Assembly: GCF_001194135.2 (NCBI RefSeq)
Contig: NC_068981.1
Coordinates: 56,316,567 to 56,380,566, forward strand
DNA: 64,000 bases
Direction of reading: 5' to 3'
Origin: Octopus bimaculoides
Taxonomy: Eukaryota
A model generated the notes under the pieces. It worked only from the letters and a program-made list of their open reading frames with translations, did no database searches and was not told where the DNA came from. Below, in pieces: positions 47,528 through 61,749 of this stretch (positions within the stretch are counted from its first letter, which is position 1; every line of letters begins with the position of its first letter). The translations under genes and the position numbers were made by a program.

Positions 47528-50496
47528 CGACGACGACGATGATGATGATGATGATGACGATTATTTAATATCATTGCCTCCAAATTTCTCAGACTGACCT
47601 TAGTTTGCAAATAGCTCTTAGCATTCGTTTTATAACTTTTTAGGAAGAGATATTGAAATGAACCCTGAAACCCCATATAGAAATGTGACTTTTACGACAC
47701 AGATATAAATTAATTGTACGTACACTATGCATCTTTATAAATTGCATACGCACAGTAACACTTTGGATGTCTCTTAATCGTCATATTCAGTCTTGAACCC
47801 ATAAAAAACTCCACTTTTTGAGCCGTTTTACTGAATAGTGACTTTGACATATTCATTCTTGATTGTGTCATCAAAAAAATTAGTTCCGAAATTCATATTT
47901 AGGTTTGATCTTCTGTTTTTGACATTAATTTTCAAGAAATAATTCATTTGGCATTGAGTACACGTTTTAAGTCTTAGATTTGGTTTAGTACAACAATTTT
48001 GACTTCGTGACTTTGTTCTCAGACACAGTCACGTGGTTTCTTAAAGTGTAACGTCTAATATATTACTGGTATTTCTTTTGCCTAATTTGATGAAGGCAAA
48101 TAAGTCTCTGTGAAGTATTTGAATTAAAAGAAAGTATTAAAAACCATTTTATAAGCATTTTGCATGTTACATATCAACTCTTTAATACTTTCTCTCAATA
48201 AAATCAGTATGCATTCATGAAACATTCGTTGTTGGAATTCAGTCGCTAGAATTTCTTTTTGATTAGCTTTGGAGATATTGGTTATAGCCCAAAACCGAAA
48301 TGCATTTATTTCTAATTTAATTTTCAAATGTATATGGAAATCTTTTATAATTTAGATGAACACATTTTGTTTTCCAGTAAACTTTAGATAAGTATTAAAA
48401 TTAAATCCTGCTAGAAACTATTGTTTGTGCACCAGAATTAACCTACCAGCTCATTGTTTATGATCTTAGAAATTAAGATTGTTATCTACGTAGGCAATGA
48501 CATTTCTGGTATTTATGAAATATAAATAATCATATGTTAATTCTTTACAGACAAAAAAAAAATGTAAAATTACTAGTTTCTTAATTTACTTTTAAAAGCC
48601 TCACGTTCAAACTTGCTATTTTGAATTATGTTGCAGCTTTAATAAGACGTTGTTGTTTCTAGCGTTTTAATTAATTAGGCCCCGACAGAGTTTGCATAGT
48701 GTTCGGTGCCAGTGAGTAACTGATATGTTTGCTCAAGCAAATACGAAGCAGTAATACAGAGAAATCTCACCAGTGAGATTACGTGGAAACGACACTACTA
48801 GGTTTATTGAAGAAATTCAAAGCAGTACACAATATCTCATGTGGATCGAATTTCTTTCAATTTCCCCAAGGATGACCGGAAAAAATGAGAATATATACTA
48901 AAAGGAATATGTGAAATTAAGTTTCATAAAATTATCTCATCGTCCTTATAGCTGTTGATGAAAGAAAACTCTGAAGTTAAATTTGTTTGTAGCGATTGTA
49001 AGAAAGGAAAAAAAAACATATATATGAAATACTGTAAACACGATAGAAAAAAAAAGGGAGCGAAAGAAGAACCCTAAAAAGAGCAGAAGCAAACAATGTA
49101 GCCAAGAATATTGTCAGACTACTGTCTACAAAACCAAACGAAAAAGTGAATAGAGAAAAGATAATATAATCTATAAAAAAGAAAAGGAAAGAAAAGAAAA
49201 ATTGAAAGGAAACGAAAGAAATGATTTTAAAAAAAGATGTCAAATTTGACCAAGACTGGTTTATTTCGCTGTTAGCTTTTAGCAATAAGACTTTTAATAA
49301 ACAGTAGTTTTGGTGCGTAATTCTGGAGGGATTTTTTAACGTATTGTTTGGTTGTCGGTGAGAGTAATAGCATGAAATATAAGAAAGAAAAGAAAGGTGG
49401 AGGTAGTATTGGCAAAAGAAAAATCTTTAGGACTGATGAAGACTGATCGAAAGCTAAAGAAATGAATATGCATTGAGTTTATAGAAAGATAGATACATGT
49501 ATAGGGAGGAGGGGGAGAAAAAATTTTGTCACATAGCAGTTAGTCGAACATCTGTCACAGCCAAATATTCCATTTGTTAGCAGAATTTGGCTGAACGCTA
49601 TTTGTGAATTGATCGGCCTCTTGTCCCCATTTCCCCGCTCAAGGACTAGCACCAGTTTCTTTCCATCTGAATATACTGAATACTATCAATAGGATTATTT
49701 CAATATCCATTGCACCGGGCCATGGTATATCTCCCATGTGGTTCAGCACTAACTACGCCAAACCAACTCACACACCATTACTTCTCACCGCCACTCTTCC
49801 ATCTTTTCTTTCTTCTACTCGGAGCAATATTCAAACCATGATTTCCCCTGGCGATAACTTCCTGAAAGCGTCACGTTGATATAGCGCTATGTGCATTGCA
49901 CCTTGTTCTTACTGCTTGCCTGCTATCTTCACCGCCGGCGTCGCTGCAGCTGACACCGTCATCGACTTGAAGTCTCATAGAACAACAAGAGAAACATCAG
50001 TAATTCCACTACATTCATGCCGGTAGTGTTGCTTGATGCTGACTGAATTATTTTCCTTTCTTTCTGCATATCTTTCTGTGTTTATTTATTTTTTATCGCC
50101 TTCCATCTTAAAATATTGTTTTTAAACGAATTCAATCATATTCCTCTTCTACCCCTCCCTGTTCTCTTTTCCCTTCCGTTTCTCTGTCTACCAGTTTATA
50201 TATTTCACTCGCTCATTCTCTTTCTCTTCTACTCCCGCTCTCTCTCTTCTACTCCCGCTCTCTCTCTCTCTCTATATATATTCACAGCTTTCCTTCATTT
50301 CTATATTTTTTCTTTACAGTGTGTTTATCTCAACCTTTCCCACTTGCTTATTACGTTATTTTTCTATGTTGTGTTCTTAACCTTCTTTATGAGACCACTC
50401 TTCCTCCCTCAATACATGCATTTAGTCAGCTAGTCAGCATTAGACACGTCCACCCGTCTATTTATTCATATTAATATCTATCCTTCTAGTCACCTA

Positions 50497-51118
50497 GTCA
50501 GCAATCCATCCATCCATCCATCCATCCATCCATCCATCCATCCATCCATCCATCCATCCATCCATCCATCCATCGTCNNNNNNNNNNTCCATCCATCCAT
50601 CCATCCATCCATCCATCGTCGTCAACGAATCAGGCAGTTAATTGGTCAATCAATCAACCAGGCAACCAGGACTCTAGCTAAACAATGATCAATCAAGCAA
50701 CCAATCAACTCACAAACTAGCCAGCCGGCCAACCACTCGATTACAAACCATTGGACCAGCCAACAAATTAGCCAAGCCAACCAGTCTCCCAGTCAACTAA
50801 GCCACGAAACCAACTGCAACATAAATCAGTTATTCTCCCAGTTTTGAGGATTCGTTTTTTATTATCATTCTTCTTCTTTTTCTTTTTCTTTTTCTTTTCA
50901 AGTACTATTATGGGTGAAGTGATCGTCATTCATTGCTTGCTGGTAGTTAGTGGTCGAATCAGTATCAAAAAGGTGATGCTACCCAAAATACAGCCAAACA
51001 TACCATATTCACTATGGCCACAGCACTCACCTTCTAAATGAAACAAAACTCCACGAAATCCCTCTTCTTCTTCTTCTTCTTCTTCTTCTTCTTCTTCTTC
51101 TTCTTCTTCTTCTTCTTC

Positions 51119-51182
<64 letters not shown>

Positions 51183-51185
51183 CTA
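50497..51185. repeat. (CCAT)n, (TTC)n and (ATC)n microsatellite cluster
   Basis: Direct reading. Confidence 0.93.
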
Positions 51186-52229
51186 TCATCATTGTTGTCA
51201 TTATTATACCCTATAGTATTGTCTGCATTGATATCATATGTTAAACATGGCTATTTGTATATGTAACCTTCTCATCTTGTCCAGTTCGATTTCTGGGGAA
51301 AATGTGCTGAGTGAGATTGCATGTTATTGTCCATCTTTCAAAAAATTTCTGAAATACTGTACTCCTTTTTGTATCGTTGCCGCGAAGAGGTTAGAGTAGG
51401 TGTCAGCAAAGACCTAATCTTTTAAGTATCACACATCATTCATGAAACCACTGGCTACAGGAAATCCACCTCATCTACAATGAGAGGCAGTTGAGCAAAC
51501 TTCACAACTGATCCTGATATCAGCCAGGTCTGCTGATACCAAGAATAGTAGCGATGCTTGCTATCACATACAGCTTCAATGTTATTAACTGTCCACCACT
51601 AAGATCAACAAATTGATATCAAAACCCGAAAGCTTATGCCGATGAATCTTATGCGTCATCCAAAAGCAAACAGAAATTGACTGTACCTTGCGAGAAAAGA
51701 AGGCAACCGGAGCTTAATATAGTCTCAGATCCCAGTGAAAATTGCAGCCGTGGGGGTCTTCTGCAACAAGCAAACGACTGGATGTTAAAGCTGGCTCTGA
51801 AACATAAAGGCACAAGAAAATGTTGCACTCAGTGATGGAAAATGTAATAATATACCACGGAAAAAAATGTGTTCCTAACCGAAAAGGCAAAACAAATATA
51901 AAATATTGCCAAACAAAATATTCTCCAATACATTAAACAGAAACGAGAGCAAAAATCACTGCAGAGCAAATACCCAACCGCAGTCTGTGATGCTTCTGTC
52001 GATCAGACCTTAACTCATTAGTGGTTGGTAAGCTCTAGTTTCAAGCCGGAAACGAAGGGAATATTATTGATGTTCATGACCAGTGCCTTCCAATAGGAAA
52101 TATCAGTGTAATGTTCTGAAACGTTACCTAGTCTTTTATAAGAGGCAAGCTCAGGCAAACAGCTTCCATTGAATTAGATACCGACACTACCATCAAGGAG
52201 CGTGACCCACATGAAAATTACACATACCG

Positions 52230-54680
52230 GCTAACAAATTAACACACACCAATCTGCTGCAAGTAAAGGCAGACATCAGCCAAGAGGTCGCCAAACAAAT
52301 CTAGCATGAGCTCATAGAATTCATAGAGCAGATCATTTAAATTGGGGACGATTTGCGACTTGTGCGATCGTATATCAGCAAACGTTATCGGCTTTTCGTA
52401 GTATATCAGCAAACATCGGCTTTTCGTAGAACCTCGCATCCCACCCAGGTACGAACTAAAGTTCACTACCTTAGTCGACCAATCGCCCTCCATAAACAGC
52501 TGCACGAAGTGCTACAGGAAAGTCGCATACACCTGCTCTGAATCAAGTAGCACGAGCCCGTCCCGATCCGTTAAAGACCCGATCATGGATTTTTTCGAGT
52601 CCATCGGAGGGCTTTAGTTCTTCGATGTTTGAGTACACGGGCCATACTTCTATCAATGCATTCTTCGTGTTTCGCATCGAAGAAATGGTCAAGCACGTTG
52701 GTCGTGATGGCTCTTCTAGTCTGGTAACTAGTTATCCTTCTAATCTATTTCATTCTATTGCTAACTTTTTTGTTACAAACTATCGATTCTATTCTAACAG
52801 TCCTCTTCAAGGCGATCCACCACTGGTTTTTAACGATTATTCTATCCACTACCGCTTAACTAGTTCGCTAATCGCATCCTTGTAGTCTTTGCGTGCTTTT
52901 AAGGACGTATTCAACTTCCAGTAACCGGGTCCCTGTCTGGGTATGCTATTTAAATCGACTGTGGAGATCATAATTTTATGGTTTGTCAAGCAGACCAATT
53001 TGAAATATGGACAACTTTCGCTATCCTTATTCGATGGCCCAACAAACAAACATTTTAGATACGATCTGGATGGAACGTTGTGGCTGCACTCAGTCAACAC
53101 TGGCACATCAGGAAAGTCCGGTTGATATCTGTCAGCCAGCTGGAAGCCTCTGAGCAGGTTTTTGAGATTTTTGTACCCATTTCTGTTATGTATTAGTCAC
53201 ACACAGTCCTTCCTTCCAAAATACTATTCCAGTCCCTAACTGCGAGACGTTCCCAGGAATGTTTCTAGATGACTGAAAAAATCTGGCCTTCCAGCCCCTT
53301 TTGTGGAATAAACGGCCAACTCTCTAAAGGCACCACTTTCGCTGCCGCTCACTGTCAGGACCATCAATCTACCGATAGGATCCGAGCAGATTGCCCGTGC
53401 TTCGAGACCTAAGGATTTTCGGAATAGCACTGTTACATCACCACCACATCGACAAACCACAAAATGAGAATATCTCATAGTCTTTGAAAATGGATGTTAG
53501 CGGATGCTTCTCGGAAATTCTCGCCTCACCAATGGCAGCCAAATCTAAACCAAGTGACCTGAGATCGTTGAGCGAGATACCTTGCTTCCCAATCGAACCC
53601 AGGCTCGGAACATTTAGACTACTTACTCTAAGTTTTGCTATCTAGGTTAGAGAAAAGAAAAGGAAGTTGTTCGGATGACTGTTGCAACAGCTTTGTTTTT
53701 GCCTGAATGGGGGGAATGGATAAAGTTTCTCTAGTATGTTTTCCTGGGGCTATTTACTAAACCCACAGATGTTCTGGTGGTAATTTCTTGTTTAAATCCA
53801 GATACATATTCATATCGATTTGTATTAGCATTATGTCCGACGGTATTTTCGGGAGGAGTTCAGAATGTCTCAGAATGTTTTTGTTGTCAGTTACTTCCTC
53901 AATCAGTTCAATGTCACTCTCCTGAGCAATGATAAAATTCATAAAGAAAGTAAGTACACGACTGTGTGGCTGTTATTCATTTTGTTGTTCGGGCATTTTT
54001 TTTTTTTGTTTTCGTGATTTTTTAATTCGTTTGTTGCTCGAAAGCCTAACGAAGCCTTTGCTTTTGCGAGGCTTGAGTTACAGGGAAGAGGCCAATGTGT
54101 GTTAGTTTTAGTCCTCTCACGTAATGTCTGAGAACAGGATTTTTCCTGTGGAGCTGGTAATAACGGTGGAAAGCATCATACTCTCTCATGTACAGCAGTA
54201 AAAAGCTTTGAAGTGGTTTGAATTCCCACACACGAAACATCTGGGGCTTTCCCCTCTATAAGCAACGGCACCTGATCGCATTCCGCGAAACAGAAGAAAT
54301 CGGGAATGCGATTGAATTCCTGTTGTGGGGTGGTCTTCCCTCTGCTGCTTCAGAATGATTACAATTCTTGTCGGATCTCGATGTTCTTGATTCGAATTCG
54401 AGTCGAACTTTAACCCAAATAATAGGGTATATTTAAAAAGATATGGGACGTACAAGTAATTGTTGCCATTCTTCTGGCTTCTTGCTCGGTGATGCATACA
54501 GCAGCTACTGTCTCGTAGTGTTTTCCTGTATATGTGTGTAGCACTAAGGGCCACAGTCCTTGGAGGCATTTTTCAGTTCCTGTCGGAGTAGGAAATTTAA
54601 GTTTTCACTCCTGGCGAGAAACGCATTTATGCACTATGTTTTTTTCTTTTCAGTAACCCTTTTCGTCCTCACTAAGCGAC
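52230..54680 (-). mobile_element. Decayed Tx1/L1-clade LINE: ORF1 (CCHC knuckle), ORF2 APE domain and linker, truncated at the start of RT
   Basis: ORF1: TEQEARRMAT..., PRCFVCGNSNHFKAFYC (CX2CX4HX4-5C). ORF2: KLRVSSLNV.SLGS.GKQG..LNDLRSL, SDP.GRL.VL.V...GAFR..AVY, TNHKIM...GPGYWKLNTSL, EKPIT..., LYEFY..M.DLFGDLLADV. Confidence 0.9.
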
Positions 54681-55438
54681 AAAATTATCTGGTTTTACAA
54701 AACTATCTTTGTGCTAGAAGGCTTTACCTTTCGGATCTTGCACCGAATGCAGGGTCCACTGGCTAACTAACCCCCCAAGAAACAAGTTGTTATCGTGGTT
54801 TTGCATGTTGTTATTGTTGTTACTGCTGCTGCTGTTTTCCGCAAGGTTTGTTTTGTTGTTACCGCTGTGGTCGATGTTGCTGTTAATGACTACAATCTTG
54901 TTCTCGTTCACGCTCTTGCTGTTGTTGTTTTAGTTCTTGTTGGTCACGTTCATGCTGTTGCTGTTATTGTTGTTTCTGCCACTGCTGCTGCTGTTGTACA
55001 CATTGTCGATATTGTTGTTGTTATTGTTATTTGTTGTCACTGTCGTTGATGCTGGTTGTATTTTTGTATGTGTTGGTGTCGTAATAGCAACAAGACTAAA
55101 TTCCATTACTTTGATTGGATAAATTCACTTGAGCTCCAAATTGCCTGCCACTGACACCTTGTTCAGTTGTCATGGTTAAATTGGGAGTCAAAACGGGTTG
55201 ACAGAACACTGTCCACAATAGATTATTATTGTTTTGTCGTATTCCGACATTTTTTTGAAATTGGAAAAAAATAAGAAATTTTTGTTTTAACAAGAAATGC
55301 AAAATATAGTTGATTTACACTCACCAAAAGTGGGTTTTAACCAGCTGAAACAATTGATAAAGCTCTTAAAACTTGCAGAGCTTCAAGTTATCGCGACTTC
55401 TCAGTATGGCGACCATTATGATGGTGATGCTGCTGCTG

Positions 55439-55506
<68 letters not shown>

Positions 55507-55516
55507 ATCATTTCTA

Positions 55517-55955
55517 CTATAAGTACATGATCTAAATTTTGGGGAGAGATAAGTCGATTGCATCAACCCCAGTGCTTAATTACATCGACCCTAGTGTTTG
55601 ATTACATCGACCCCAGTGCTTGATTACATCGACCCCAGTGCTTATTCCATCGTCCCCAAGGGATGAAAAGTAAAGTCGACGCTGACGGAATTTGAACTCA
55701 AAACGTAAAGACGTACAAAATACCTATTTCTTTATTGCCCACAAGGGGCTACACACAGAGGGGACAAACAAGGACAGACAAACGGGTTAAGTCGATTATA
55801 TCGACCCCAGTGCGTAACTGGTACTTATTTAATCGACCCCGAAAGGATGAAAGGCAAAGTCGACCTCGGCGGAATTTGAACTCAGAACGTAGTGACAGAC
55901 GAAATACCGCTAAGCATTTCGTCTAACGTGCTAAAGATTCTGCCAGCTCACCGCC
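55517..55955 (-). mobile_element. Two tandem family-A SINEs; left copy carries a 4 x 22-bp internal array
   Basis: Same head, body and two tail types as 16786-17208; junction gaaatacc|tatttctttattgccc near 55722. Confidence 0.9.
55556..55643. repeat. 4 x 22-bp tandem array (gattacatcgaccccagtgctt)
   Basis: Units start at 55556, 55578, 55600 and 55622; no spacers. Confidence 0.92.
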
Positions 55956-56070
55956 TTTATTTTTTTATTAAAAAAAATTTTTTTTTTACACCTCAAGACT
56001 AATTATTATCATAATTTGTAAAATCAAATGAGTAAGGAAACATCGACAACAGGATCAATGTTAAAATAGA

Positions 56071-56237
56071 AGAAAATTGCACAACTGGGCACTGCACACA
56101 TTCTACGCAAAACACTTTTAATACAGTAACCATAAGAGCATCACAGCAAACCACAGCACATACCCAAGGCACACAGAGCTGCGCTCGGTAGTGAAGTGAA
56201 AGCACGTTATAAAAATGAAACTACTGAATAATAATAA
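56071..56237 (+). mobile_element. Short 3' end of the same R4/Dong family as 7306-8001
   Basis: Near-identical to 7785-7945: aaaattgcac.actggg.actgcacacattctacgcaaaacac...acccaagg..cacagagctgcgctcggtagtgaagtgaaagcacgttataaaaat.aaactactgaa(taa)n. Confidence 0.92.
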
Positions 56238-56239
56238 CA

Positions 56240-56815
56240 AAATTCCCTGATGCAATATCTGGCAGTAGCTCCCATGACTTCTGTTTTTAACTGAATGAAA
56301 GTGTTAACATGTACATACTTTGTCATGGAGTAAAAGATGTGCTACAGGAAATATTCTGTTGAAGACCAGAGTTTTGCTTGTCAGTTGCTGGAGCTAAAGC
56401 AGTTGAGTATGTCCTTTGGTGGCTGACAATTTGTGCATCTCTGATCAGGAGCAGGATTAGTTGAGGAGCACCATAGCCATGTGTTAAGAGGGATTTGGGT
56501 GGGAGTTGTATAATTCATACCTTGAAACAAGGGTGTTTCGTTCATCATCTTTAAACAACCCTTATTCAGAGATCTTTGGAGCGGGGTGGGCTACTCGACC
56601 TGAATAAAATTCTAACTGGGTCCCACCTGCAAAACATACTATGTTTATCTTGATATGAAGTCACTAATTCGCGCACATACTGTTACATGCGTGACTTGGT
56701 TATGCTGCTTGTGCCTGGTGTACTCTTATGAGACGGGTAGTCATGATTGGTGTATTGGGCCTCATATATTTTGCTCCCCAGTGTCACTTTGATGGCGTAT
56801 GCTACCTTCTCATTC

Positions 56816-56880
<65 letters not shown>
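56240..56880 (+). mobile_element. 'Element B' long copy (probable R4-type 3' UTR or non-autonomous derivative) with (AAT)n tail
   Basis: Shares both ends with 18151-18256; ends ccccagtgtcactttgatggc...cattc(aat)~21; starts immediately after the TAA tail of the previous element. Confidence 0.7.
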
Positions 56881-56929
56881 TGAGAAGAAGAAGAAGAAGA
56901 AGAAGAAGAAGAAGAAGAAGAAGATAGAC

Positions 56930-57050
56930 AACAATAAGTATTTGACTGGTACTTATTTTATCAACTTCAGGTGGATGAACGACAAAACTGATCTTGGCAG
57001 AATCCGAACTCAGAACATTAAAGTGCTGTAGTTAAATACTGGAAGGTATT
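56930..57050 (-). mobile_element. Degenerate family-A SINE fragment
   Basis: ctggtacttattttatcaac...ggatgaacgacaaaactgatcttggcagaatccgaactcagaac. Confidence 0.65.
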
Positions 57051-58639
57051 ATGTCTAATTCTGCATCTGTTCACTGATACAAAATGAAACTGTAAAACTT
57101 TATCAGGAAATGTTATTCATTCTTATTTACTTGAAAAAGCATCTAAAAATTCATCTGATATTCTTTCGAAATTATAGCACATATTTTTCGACACGATATC
57201 TCCGATGGAAGCTCTAGTCGCATAACTTTGTTTGTTGCCCAAGATTATGAAAGAACCATGTTCAGAGTGGATCTGAATTCCCGTGTGTAGATATCAACAT
57301 GTGGCGTTGCTTGTATTGTTTCAGAACTTCTATCTTTTCGGTTCTGTCTTTTCTCTATCACTTTCTTTTCTCCGTTTGCCTCCTGGAGTTAGTTATGGTT
57401 ATTTATCTCCAGGCAATTCAAGCACATTGGCATGTTGATATTAACTGTGAATTCCGCAGTGGTATTGCCTGAAGTTAACAGTATTCTGACATTGCAGGAA
57501 AGAATTTCACACACATCTCGATGTAAACAAAACTGCTAGCAATCTTCATATTTCTCTCTCCTTCTTTTCTTCATTCACCCTCTCTCGTTTCATTTCTTCT
57601 GTTCATAAAAAAATAAAAAATAAAATAAAAAAAGATTAAAATTTTGCTCGAAAAATCTTCTGTCGTAAATAATACGTGAGTAACATTTTAAAATTGAAAC
57701 TGCAGAAGAACAGGAGAAAGCGCCAGAATTGTCAAGGGAAGAGATAGAAAGACAGGAATAGAGAGATATAAAGATAGGAGAGAAACAGACATAACAGAAA
57801 GAGAAAAAGGTGGTAAGTATGAGTATACGTGAAAGAGAGGGAGGGAGAGAGAGAGAATATAAAGATAGAAACTGGGCGGGAGATACAGAGATACAGAGAT
57901 AGTGAGATAAAGAGAATGAGAAAAGAAGAAAAAAGAAACGAAATGCAAAATCAAATGAAAGAATTTGGTAGAAAATGCTCTTAGAGCCCGAATGTCTGTG
58001 AATTGTTTAAAACATTTTAATAATATTTTGTTTTTGTGAAAATAATTTATCGAATGTGAATGAAATACTAGAGGAAATAAATAAAAGACAAATTGATTAA
58101 TGGGAGGTATAAACTTATATAATAACAGAAATTTATTATAAAAGTAAAATAATTAAAATAAGAGAATAAACGATAAAATAATGATGGATACAACCGACAA
58201 AAAGAATTGATAATGTTAATACAATGAAAATCTACGAAACTGTTTTAAATATGAATTTAAATAATTTAAATAAAATGTACATAAAATGGCATTTTTTAAA
58301 TATTTAAAATAAATCTGTGATGATCGCTGTTGAGGAAATGTATCTATTTCTCGTTTCCAACAAATTCGTTTCGTTTACACTACACGAACATGGTGACTTT
58401 TCGTTTGAACACTCATAAAATTACACGGGCCTTCTTATGCATGTATAAAGAAAAGGAGTTGAAATATAAATTGAAAACTTATGTCAACACTGTATACAGT
58501 TGACTTAGAAAGAACTAAAATATTTGTGTCACTAGTGTATTCGAATGATTTTACTCAGTACCAGGTCAGATTTGATTAAGTAGATATATGATCTGAGGTA
58601 TCTCAGCCTTTGTTATTTATGAGTATTTTTATTTATTTA

Positions 58640-58790
58640 TGCGCCCTTTTAAAGCCTAGCCAGGCTCATGGGCCCGGCTTCCCGGTTTCTATGGCGTATG
58701 TGCTTCCCCCAGCTGTACGGGACGCCAGTCCATCGCAGCGTTACTCAAGAAACAGGAAGAAAGAGTGAGAGAAAGTTCGGGCGAAAGAGT
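58640..58790 (-). mobile_element. SINE 3' fragment
   Basis: gggacgccagtccatcgcagcgttac matches the gccagtccgtcgcagtgttac block of the 37494 SINE. Confidence 0.55.
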
Positions 58791-59149
58791 ACTCTTAATT
58801 TCTCCGCCGCCTCTATGTAAATAGATACCATGGGGCAGATACAGCTTTCCGTTGTAAGGATCAGTAACATTGGATAATTAACGACTGTGTCATTAGCTAT
58901 TGTGGTTAATTCATTGTATCAACCAGATGACTACAAAGTGACCTCAGACTGATATCCACTATCATCAGAATCCTTCGTATGTCCCCAACAGTCTTTCAAC
59001 ACAATATGGATTATATCAGCTAATGTCAAATAGCTAAGTCAACTAAAAACTTTCAATCCTAGGATATGTCTTCATGACAGCTATTATAGATTTCTTTAGT
59101 AAGAAAAAAGTAGTATGGTAACACCGAGTTGATAGTCGATGTTATTAAG

Positions 59150-59180
59150 TGAGTGTGTGTGAGTGTGTGTGTGTGTGTGT

Positions 59181-59250
<70 letters not shown>

Positions 59251-59455
59251 NNNNNNNNNNNNNNNNNNNNNNNNNNNNNNNNNNNNNNNNNNNNNNNNNN
59301 NNNNNNNNNNNNNNNNNNNNNNNNNNNNNNNNNNNNAGAGAGACAGAAAGTGAGAGAGAGAGAGAGAGAGAGAGCGACAGAGAAAGAGAGAGAGAGAGAG
59401 AGAGCGACAGAGAAAGAGAGAGAGAGAGAGAGCGACAGAGAAAGAGAGAGAGAGT
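59150..59455. repeat. (TG)n(GA)n microsatellite with ~28-bp higher-order units (gagcgacagagaaagagagag...)
   Basis: Direct reading on both sides of an 86-nt gap. Confidence 0.93.
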
Positions 59456-60128
59456 TCTACAAACTCTCTGTTAAAGATTGCCCTGGTGAGGGCCAATTAT
59501 AAACTTAGTTATAATTCATATGTATACTTTATAGAATAAAACAAAAATGAATGGAAAACAAACCTGTTGTTGAGCGTGTAAGAACTCCAGTTCAATTACT
59601 GTCACAAGAGTTTCATTGTGATTAAAGATACTTCCAATGGCCAATAGCAGCAAGCTGTAAATAGAAGCCATAATGAGTTAAGGTGATAACACTGTGTATT
59701 TGATCAGTGTTTTTGTTTGTTTTCTAGAGAGGAAGTAAAAAGCTAAAAAACATCTAATAAAAACAAAAATGAATAAGCGACAATAAAACTGCTATGGACG
59801 CACGTAACATAAATCTCAATAATGTCACTATTGAAATGTTGCCTTCAAATTAGACTCTGGTGTTGACTTAGCAACCATTTTTTATCATGAATACATATTG
59901 TGGACGACTTAAAAAGTCCTGATGCTTTTCTATAGCAAAAAAGTCGAGTTCACCCCCTTTGCATAATGTAGTGTGGCTCCTGAAAAAAAGGCTGTTGCAG
60001 TGTTTAGCTATAAATATGAGGTGACCAGTTTATCAAATCTACATTACGTCTTAAGGTTATTAAGTCATTGGAGTTTTGGTTTTCAAACAATTAGAGGGCG
60101 ATCCTAGAATAATTGCGGTTAGTACCGC

Positions 60129-60215
60129 AAGGTGGCGAATTGGAACAATCCTTTGAGCATGAGACAGAATACTTTGCGGTATTCGTTCCGCTTCTGGTGC
60201 TCTTAGTTCAAATCT
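60129..60215 (+). mobile_element. Truncated family-A SINE head
   Basis: aaggtggcgaattggaacaatc...gaatactttgcggtattcgt...ttagttcaaatc. Confidence 0.55.
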
Positions 60216-61537
60216 TCTTCATAATCATCATTACTTCTTCATCTTTTCTTCTTCTCCTTGTTGTTGTTGCTGTTCTTCTTCTTCTTCTCCTCCACCTCCA
60301 CCTCCTCCCTCTCCTTCTTCTTCTTCTTCTTCTTCTTCTTTTTTCACTCCCCTTCTGGATTGTAAGTTCCACCTTGTCATATTGACTTGCTTTCACTATA
60401 TGCATATGAATCAATCGAAGTGTACAGTATTATATATCCATTACGGCCGGTCTTACCAATCGGTTTCGCACTTGGGGCTCAACGGAGTGTTAGGTAACAG
60501 TCCGATTATGTAACACTGTGCTCATGTGAGGTAGCCGTTGTAGAATGAAATATGGAGACTGCTCTCTATTGTTGGAGATGCATAGACAGATCCGGTATAT
60601 ATATAGGACAACACTTTATTACATTTTGTTACAGATATATCTAACATATTAAGATATCAAAATATTCTCCTGATGATCAGTTACGCTTGGAATCCAAGTG
60701 CATTTTGATTCCAACCGTAATTTTCAATTAATTGAAATAGTGAAACGTACGTTGAAACTAAATATATTAAATATTTATATTTGTGTCTATCTTGATTTTC
60801 CACTGTATATGCTCTGTATATCATAAGTACTATCACTGCTAAGTACAAACGTCGACTAACCACTATATTGGAAGCTGACTGGATAATGATAATCTATGTG
60901 GAACTCTAACTGATACAGTTCTAGTTGTACATCTAACTGTACCCACATTATATATATATATATATATACGCACACATATACACATATAAAGTGCCCTTAC
61001 ATTTCAACTTAAATGGAAATGGCAAACTTAGTGAATTTTAAACTTCATTCGCATTTCATTTTTATGCGCATGCTTTGCTCTTACGTTATACACGTATGCA
61101 GGCACAAATATATAATCAAAAGCTCACGTTAAACAGAAAATATACCCACGCACACAAACACACACACANNNNNNNNNNNNNNNNNNNNNNNNNNNNNNNN
61201 NNNNNNNNNNNNNNNNNNNNNNNNNNNNNNNNNNNNNNNNNNNNNNNNNNNNNNNNNNNNNNNNNNNNNNNNNNNNNNNNNNNNNNNNNNNNNNNNNNNN
61301 NNNNNNNNNNNNNNNNNNNNNNNNNNNNNNNNNNNNNNNNNNNNNNNNNNNNNNNNNNNNNNNNNNNNNNNNNNNNNNNNNNNNNNNNNNNNNNNNNNNN
61401 NNNNNNNNNNNNNNNNNNNNNNNNNNNNNNNNNNNNNNNNNNNNNNNNNNNNNNNNNNNNNNNNNNNNNNNNNNNNNNNNNNNNNNNNNNNNNNNNNNNN
61501 NNNNNNNNNNNNNNNNNNNNNNNNNNNNNNNNNNNNN

Positions 61538-61576
<39 letters not shown>

Positions 61577-61695
61577 AGTATGTAAGGGTGTACACTAATT
61601 TATACATCGAAAGTCGCTCACCAGACAATATTCATTTGAGTGTACGATTGTGTATTTTTTCTTGTATTCTTAATTATTCACATATTTCTATTTCA

Positions 61696-61745
<50 letters not shown>

Positions 61746-61749
61746 ACTA

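Noticed and set aside
49428-49460. CTGATGA...CGAAA motif
   Set aside because: No stem I or stem III pairing and no NUH site.
55556-55643. CRISPR-like 22-bp repeats
   Set aside because: No spacers, SINE-derived, eukaryotic context, no cas genes.
60104-60130. Helitron 3' end (7-bp hairpin plus CTAG on the minus strand)
   Set aside because: CTAG is followed by G not T, spacing is short, and no 5' TC end or Rep/helicase remnant was found.
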